Shown piece after piece: positions 53,312 through 57,422 of a DNA stretch of 57,422 nucleotides. The position numbers were made by a program, and so were the translations under genes. The DNA lies in assembly GCA_038228615.1 (NCBI GenBank), contig JBBRPC010000001.1, positions 1-57,422 on the forward strand, given 5' to 3'. Each line of letters opens with the position of its first letter. Position 1 is the first letter of the stretch. The stretch is from Acidimicrobiia bacterium (GTDB lineage: Bacteria > Actinomycetota > Acidimicrobiia > IMCC26256 > PALSA-610). Below the pieces are notes generated by a model. That model was not told the DNA's origin. It saw only the letters and a list, made by a program, of their open reading frames with translations, and did not search any database.

Positions 53312-56056
53312 TCAGGTCAACGAAAGCCGCTGCGAACCCGCCGAAGTTTCAAACGGGTGGTATGGACGCGTGCCGGCGGAGATCTCGCGATTGCGTTCTA
53401 GCAAGAGATGCACGATCGCGTCATCGTCATGCGCAACCGCTGGCGGCCATCCGTAGGCGTCGGCGACGGCCAAGTCAAGCTTTTGGTGCAAGGCAGGAAG
53501 GTCTGAATACGCACCGTCTTCGACGCGGTTGTATAACTCCGTCAGGCCGATTTGTTCACTGACGCAGATCTCTTCCCGGCGCGCCACGATCCTGCGAGAA
53601 CACTCGGCGACTGCCTCGGCAGCGTGGGCGGTGGGAGAGTCGGGCCAGGGAAACGTCTCGAAGACCGTTGTCGGCGTATAGCGCAGGTCCGCCTTCAACG
53701 TTGAAGATCGCGACCACGCCCATGCAATATGAGCCCGAGCACATAACACACCCATGGAGAAGTCATCGTCGAAGGGGAACACGACTGTGGCGTCGCTTGG
53801 GCAAGTAGTTACAGGAATCCAAGTAGCGAAGAACCGCTTCCCGTGCCTAACCGCAACGACGAATCGAGCCTTGCCTTCGGCCGCCTTTCGCAGTTTCGGT
53901 CGCGGGCGCCCGAAACGCCACCAAAATGCGCGAAATCCAGGGTCATCGTTTGCATCCCGAACAGGTTTCACGCGTTCGCGCACGATTTTGAGAGCCGCCG
54001 GATACTGCATCGCTTCTTCGAGCGGGCGAATTCCGAAGTTGATGATCCAGCGTCGAGCCTGCTGTGCTGGATCCTCGGCAATGTCGTCTGAGGTGACGAA
54101 CGGAATGACAACGTCGCCATAGCGCGCGTCCGTCAATGCAAGTAACCCCGCGGCTTCGTCGTCGCTCACGATAAATCCTTCACCCACCGGAATCGGTCCT
54201 TGAAAACTGTGGGATTTGTTGGCTTTGAGCGTCGCAACGTGACCCGTCGAGCGTTCTGGAGTCCGCAACTCGGGCGTGATCCCAGCGACAACGACACCAT
54301 CGAGTATGAACTGATCGACGACTTCAGGGCGCTTCACCCAGTTGACCAGACTTACGTGCACCTTCGCTTCACCCGGCCATTTCTGCGTAGACACGGCATC
54401 GGTGATCACACCGTTGTTACCGTCGATGTATTCAAGCGATGCGGAACGCGCCTTGTTCTGCGACACAGAGTTCGTGCCTACGAGCCCGGCACGCTGACCC
54501 GGTTGGAGTTGGTCGTGCGCTTTGCGGAACCAATACACGCAGTAGTCCTTGACCCCGACATTGAACGTCTTCTTCAGCATCGCGACATAGGCATCTCCGC
54601 GCGCGCCTCGAACGAGCTGCGATCCAAGAAACGGAGGGTTGCCAATGATGCAGTCGACTGTTGGCCAGTCTTTGACCAACGCGTCGCCGACTTCAATGCT
54701 TTTCATATCCACGAGTGGAAGCACCGGTTCGGCAGGTCCGAATCGATCCGACATTTGTTTGTGGCCCATCCACAACGTCACGCGAGCTATGAACGCGGTG
54801 ATCGGTTCGAGCTCGATGCCGTGAAGATTGTCGAGGCGGTAGTAGGGCAACGGTTCGGGGGGCGCGGCGTGCCCGGTCGATCCAGCCAACGCAACGATCC
54901 GACGCTTGCACTCCGATTCCAGCTGTCGTAGCTCCCGGTACGCTACGTACAGGAAGTTGCCACAACCGCAAGCCGGGTCGAGCACACGAAACGTGCAGAG
55001 GCGATCCAACACGGCGCGAGCTTCAGCAGGTGTCTTCGCAGCATCGATCTGCTCACGCCATGGGCGGACAATCGTTGGCCCGACGATCTTCATGATGTCC
55101 GACTCGTGGGTGTAATGAGCGCCGAGCTTCCATCGCTGCTCCTTACCCAAACAGCCTTCCATCAACGACCCGAAAATGGTGGGGTCGACGTTTTTCCAAT
55201 CAAACCGCGCAGCTTCGCGTAGCAGCAACAATTCGTCGTGGTTCAAGGTCACTTTTGCTGGCTTCGCAAACAACGAACCGTTGACATATTTGGTGCCCGC
55301 AAGGATGCCAACGCGCCCGTAATCGTCCTCGTCGTTGAGCACGTCGAACATATCGCCGAGTAGCGCACGCGACGTGAGTTGAGGGTTCTCGAGCAGCGTG
55401 TCAATGATGCGTTGCACAGGATGTCCCTCAAGCATCGCGAGATCCTCGGCAAAAAGACACCACACGATCTGCAAAATGAATCGCTGAATCTCTTCAGGTG
55501 CGGCTGCATCACGCGCCTTCAACTCGCGATACAGGACACCGATCGTGCTCGCAGCCTCGGTTGTCAGTTCCTTATTTGTCGTTCCAAATAGCGGGTCGTG
55601 TCCGACACCAGCGAGGAACAGAAGCGTTTCATAACGATCGGGCAACTCCGCGAGGGTGAAATCAGCGCGCGGCTCAGTCGGATATTTCCCCGGCTCCCAG
55701 ACCTCGAAACGGCCGAACGCGCAAAGCACAACGTACGGCGGAGCCGGCCTATCCGAAGCGCTGTCCGATGAGTGAAGCCAATAGTCCAGCGCCTGCTTAC
55801 GATGCTCGGCAAGTTTCTCCGCGCGATGCGGAGCCTTCATTTCGATAATGGCGACGCCCGGGAAGAAGAGATCCATGATTCCCGCAGAAGTATGGGAATC
55901 TTCAAAAAGCGCGCCCGCGGCCTTTCGATTGTTGCCATAGCACTCGAAGAGGTCGTTGAGAAAAGTCTGCGCCTCGGACCGTTCCGTTCCCGCGTACAGA
56001 GCCCACTCAGCGACAAACTTTCGAAGGTTCGCCTGGATTTCTGCGCCCGACAGCAC
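53312..56056 (-). CDS. MmeI-family type IIL restriction-modification enzyme (fused nuclease, N6-adenine methyltransferase and TRD)
   Basis: Block-by-block collinear with MmeI as I recall it. LSGAEIQANLRKF corresponds to LSWNEIRRKA. DLFFPGVAIIEMK is the D...ExK nuclease. YVVLCAFGRFEVW, WCLFAED, YVNGSLF, FGSLMEG and LGAHYTHESDI follow. VLDPACGCGNFL is motif I and IIGNPPFLG is motif IV. GTG 56056 gives 914 aa (MmeI is ~919). The ORF-track start 56137 would overlap the upstream ORF by 68 nt. Confidence 0.9.
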   Translation of the reverse strand: MLSGAEIQANLRKFVAEWALYAGTERSEAQTFLNDLFECYGNNRKAAGALFEDSHTSAGIMDLFFPGVAIIEMKAPHRAEKLAEHRKQALDYWLHSSDSASDRPAPPYVVLCAFGRFEVWEPGKYPTEPRADFTLAELPDRYETLLFLAGVGHDPLFGTTNKELTTEAASTIGVLYRELKARDAAAPEEIQRFILQIVWCLFAEDLAMLEGHPVQRIIDTLLENPQLTSRALLGDMFDVLNDEDDYGRVGILAGTKYVNGSLFAKPAKVTLNHDELLLLREAARFDWKNVDPTIFGSLMEGCLGKEQRWKLGAHYTHESDIMKIVGPTIVRPWREQIDAAKTPAEARAVLDRLCTFRVLDPACGCGNFLYVAYRELRQLESECKRRIVALAGSTGHAAPPEPLPYYRLDNLHGIELEPITAFIARVTLWMGHKQMSDRFGPAEPVLPLVDMKSIEVGDALVKDWPTVDCIIGNPPFLGSQLVRGARGDAYVAMLKKTFNVGVKDYCVYWFRKAHDQLQPGQRAGLVGTNSVSQNKARSASLEYIDGNNGVITDAVSTQKWPGEAKVHVSLVNWVKRPEVVDQFILDGVVVAGITPELRTPERSTGHVATLKANKSHSFQGPIPVGEGFIVSDDEAAGLLALTDARYGDVVIPFVTSDDIAEDPAQQARRWIINFGIRPLEEAMQYPAALKIVRERVKPVRDANDDPGFRAFWWRFGRPRPKLRKAAEGKARFVVAVRHGKRFFATWIPVTTCPSDATVVFPFDDDFSMGVLCARAHIAWAWSRSSTLKADLRYTPTTVFETFPWPDSPTAHAAEAVAECSRRIVARREEICVSEQIGLTELYNRVEDGAYSDLPALHQKLDLAVADAYGWPPAVAHDDDAIVHLLLERNREISAGTRPYHPFETSAGSQRLSLT

Positions 56057-56069
56057 TAGCGAGAACCGT

Positions 56070-56324
56070 CTAAACCAAGCGTTGCTGCGCGCCCGAAAGA
56101 TACGCCTCTTCGAACAACGCCTTGTGTGCATCTGCAAGCGACTTGGCTGCTGTGCGTAGTGCGAGTTCAGTGTTCCTATCGCGGCCCAGCAACGCCACGG
56201 CCTTTACAGCCCGGTCCGCGCGTCGTTGCGCCTTTTCGATGTTCAAGAGCGTTTCGGCGACCTCGGCCATAGCGGTCTCATGGGCCACCTGCTCCACGGA
56301 TCGCTCGCTAAATGATGCGCTCAT
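56070..56324 (-). CDS. Small all-helical hypothetical protein (84 aa)
   Basis: ATG 56324 overlaps the stop of the upstream small ORF (ATGA). Good codon bias. Sequence MSASFSERSVEQVAHETAMAEVAETLLNIEKAQRRADRAVKAVALLGRDRNTELALRTAAKSLADAHKALFEEAYLSGAQQRLV. Ends 13 nt before the MmeI-like GTG. Confidence 0.6.
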   Translation of the reverse strand: MSASFSERSVEQVAHETAMAEVAETLLNIEKAQRRADRAVKAVALLGRDRNTELALRTAAKSLADAHKALFEEAYLSGAQQRLV

Positions 56325-56521
56325 GGCTCGCTACCGTATCCGTCCGCTCGATGGCTCGCAGGCTCAAAGCCGGGCCAAAACCCGATTCTCGTGATCATGC
56401 ACTCATGATCGCACAGGGCTGCGACACCGTCGAGTGTTACACGGTATCGGCTTCCGCCGAACCAGTCACTCCGCCTTCGTAAACGATACCCCGACCACGT
56501 GCAATCGATGCGGCCCGGCAA
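56321..56521 (-). CDS. Possible small ORF (66 aa from TTG; or a 25-aa version from ATG 56398)
   Basis: Moderate codon bias. The stop overlaps the next ATG. A TTG start would overlap the upstream gene by 56 nt. Weak support. Confidence 0.3.
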   Translation of the reverse strand: MPGRIDCTWSGYRLRRRSDWFGGSRYRVTLDGVAALCDHECMITRIGFWPGFEPASHRADGYGSEP

Positions 56522-57422
56522 ACCAACGGCCTGTCAGGCGCGATCGGCGGTACGTGCCAAGCCAACCGACCGGTTTGACGACCACTTCGACGCGCCATGA
56601 ACGATTGCCGATGTCGGGCAATCCCGCGCCTTGCTCGCCCAGCGCGGCGTACCAGCCGGTCATCGAATCGAGCATAAGTACGGCGCGACGTTCGGCCCGC
56701 CCAGAACGCAACATCACAGCACCGCCGAAACGCGGCTCAGCGGGACCACCGCAATGCATAGAAAGGTGAAGCGGGTCGGTGCCTCCGGTGAGCGGATTGG
56801 CGATGCCGGAGGACTCTGCATCGCAGTATCTGCGGTCGATCCAATCGCGATCGGTAAAGCTTCGACTTTGTGCAGCACCGAACCAATCGGTCGACCACAG
56901 CCACGCTGCAAACCAATCGAGTTGGCCGTCGCGATCCCAAATGTTTGCGATGAGTTCGAAACGATGGTCAGCGTTTGGTTTCCCATTCTCGTACCACCAG
57001 CGCAGCCCGCGTCCAGGGTCTGACCATCCGAATGAGTACAGCAGCAGATGCAGCAACGGTGTCCAGTATGCGGCTGCAATCATGTGATCAACGCCACGTT
57101 CCGGAATCGCGAGTATGTCGCGCATCGGGCCAGGTGAAGCAAGCGATCGATACAACCAAGGAACGTGCGCGTTCCATGTCGGGTCGCCGAAGTACAGGAT
57201 GTCGGCCGGAGTGTTTCCCGCGTCGCTGACATCGGAGTCAGCTTCATCGGTTTTTGCTTGGAACGCTTCGATGGTTGCCGCATCGACTTTTGAAAAGGTT
57301 GCTACTTCAACGGTTTCGATTGCGACGTCCCTCTCCAAAACAGCCGGTTCAATGTCGCTGACGTTCGTGACTCCGAAGCCTTCGAGTTCATAGGTAATTC
57401 CGTTGCCGCCGCTGCCGTCGGC
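56466..57422 (-). CDS. Trp-rich hypothetical protein, 5'-partial (frame stays open to the right edge of the window)
   Basis: The ORF track starts it at TTG 57338. However, the same frame upstream (ADGSGGNGITYELEGFGVTNVSDIEPAV) has no stop and keeps coding-like codon usage up to 57422. No motif recognised. Many Trp residues (WYENGK, DWFAAWLWSTDWFG). Confidence 0.65.
   Translation of the reverse strand, partial: ADGSGGNGITYELEGFGVTNVSDIEPAVLERDVAIETVEVATFSKVDAATIEAFQAKTDEADSDVSDAGNTPADILYFGDPTWNAHVPWLYRSLASPGPMRDILAIPERGVDHMIAAAYWTPLLHLLLYSFGWSDPGRGLRWWYENGKPNADHRFELIANIWDRDGQLDWFAAWLWSTDWFGAAQSRSFTDRDWIDRRYCDAESSGIANPLTGGTDPLHLSMHCGGPAEPRFGGAVMLRSGRAERRAVLMLDSMTGWYAALGEQGAGLPDIGNRSWRVEVVVKPVGWLGTYRRSRLTGRWFAGPHRLHVVGVSFTKAE

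Larger units (their letters stand above)
51264..57422. mobile_element. Putative tRNA-targeted genomic island, right part outside the window
   Basis: The tRNA 3' fragment is oriented so that an intact tRNA copy would lie beyond 57422. All genes in between are on one strand and defence-like. No integrase is seen inside the window. Confidence 0.45.

Noticed and set aside
53312-56137. BREX PglX-type methyltransferase as an alternative call for the 941-aa ORF
   Set aside because: The N-terminus carries the MmeI-type D...ExK nuclease block. The whole protein is collinear with MmeI at MmeI length. No brxA/B/C, pglZ or brxL-like genes are adjacent within the window.
56122-57023. Plus-strand ORFs 56122..56394, 56434..56769 and 56631..57023 in the island
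   Set aside because: They are opposite better-supported minus-strand ORFs. Their products are Ser/Arg/Pro-rich with no start context.
1-57422. CRISPR arrays, rRNA genes, IS elements/transposases, integrases and prophage structural genes
   Set aside because: A scan found no regularly spaced direct repeats, no rRNA-like stretches and no DDE/tyrosine-recombinase-like translations. The repeats found are short coding low-complexity tracts (E2 linker, Thr/Pro tail, His loop).

Overview
GC-rich, densely coding window that looks Actinomycetota-like: strong G/C third-position bias, GTG/TTG starts, and many 4-nt start/stop overlaps. I could not run any searches, so all calls rest on motifs read from the translations. 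About 60 genes can be supported. Order, left to right: (1) lipB (partial), an E2 acyltransferase and lpd. (2) A ~15 kb glycan-assembly locus (3.2-18.6 kb) with a MOP/Wzx-like membrane protein, 8 glycosyltransferase genes (one a double-GT4 of 827 aa), a methyltransferase, small coiled-coil proteins and an Rmd-like reductase. (3) Mixed metabolism: alpha/beta hydrolase, DUF1802, an EEP nuclease/phosphatase, and two acyl-CoA dehydrogenases. (4) A flippase-like TM protein, methyltransferase and GT2 module. (5) An MBL hydrolase, egtB-egtD, and sufC-sufS-sufU. (6) An L,D-transpeptidase, a NicO/RcnA-type transporter and a thioesterase. (7) sdhCAB (single cytochrome b type), an SRPBCC protein, an NlpC/P60 peptidase, an acyl-CoA synthetase and a rhodanese. 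(8) HDOD, APH-like and SRPBCC proteins. (9) A decaying stretch with two damaged SDR genes and a truncated arsC, next to an arsR / arsI(cadI)-aquaglyceroporin locus. (10) HAD and sulfotransferase genes. (11) From a tRNA 3' fragment at ~51.27 kb to the right edge, an apparent integrated island. It carries a TM0106/RecB-like Fe-S nuclease translationally coupled to an MmeI-family type IIL restriction-modification enzyme, plus three upstream ORFs I cannot assign. This island cassette is my best candidate for an undescribed system. The coiled-coil-rich glycan locus is second. No rRNA, intact tRNA, CRISPR array, transposase or integrase was seen in the window.
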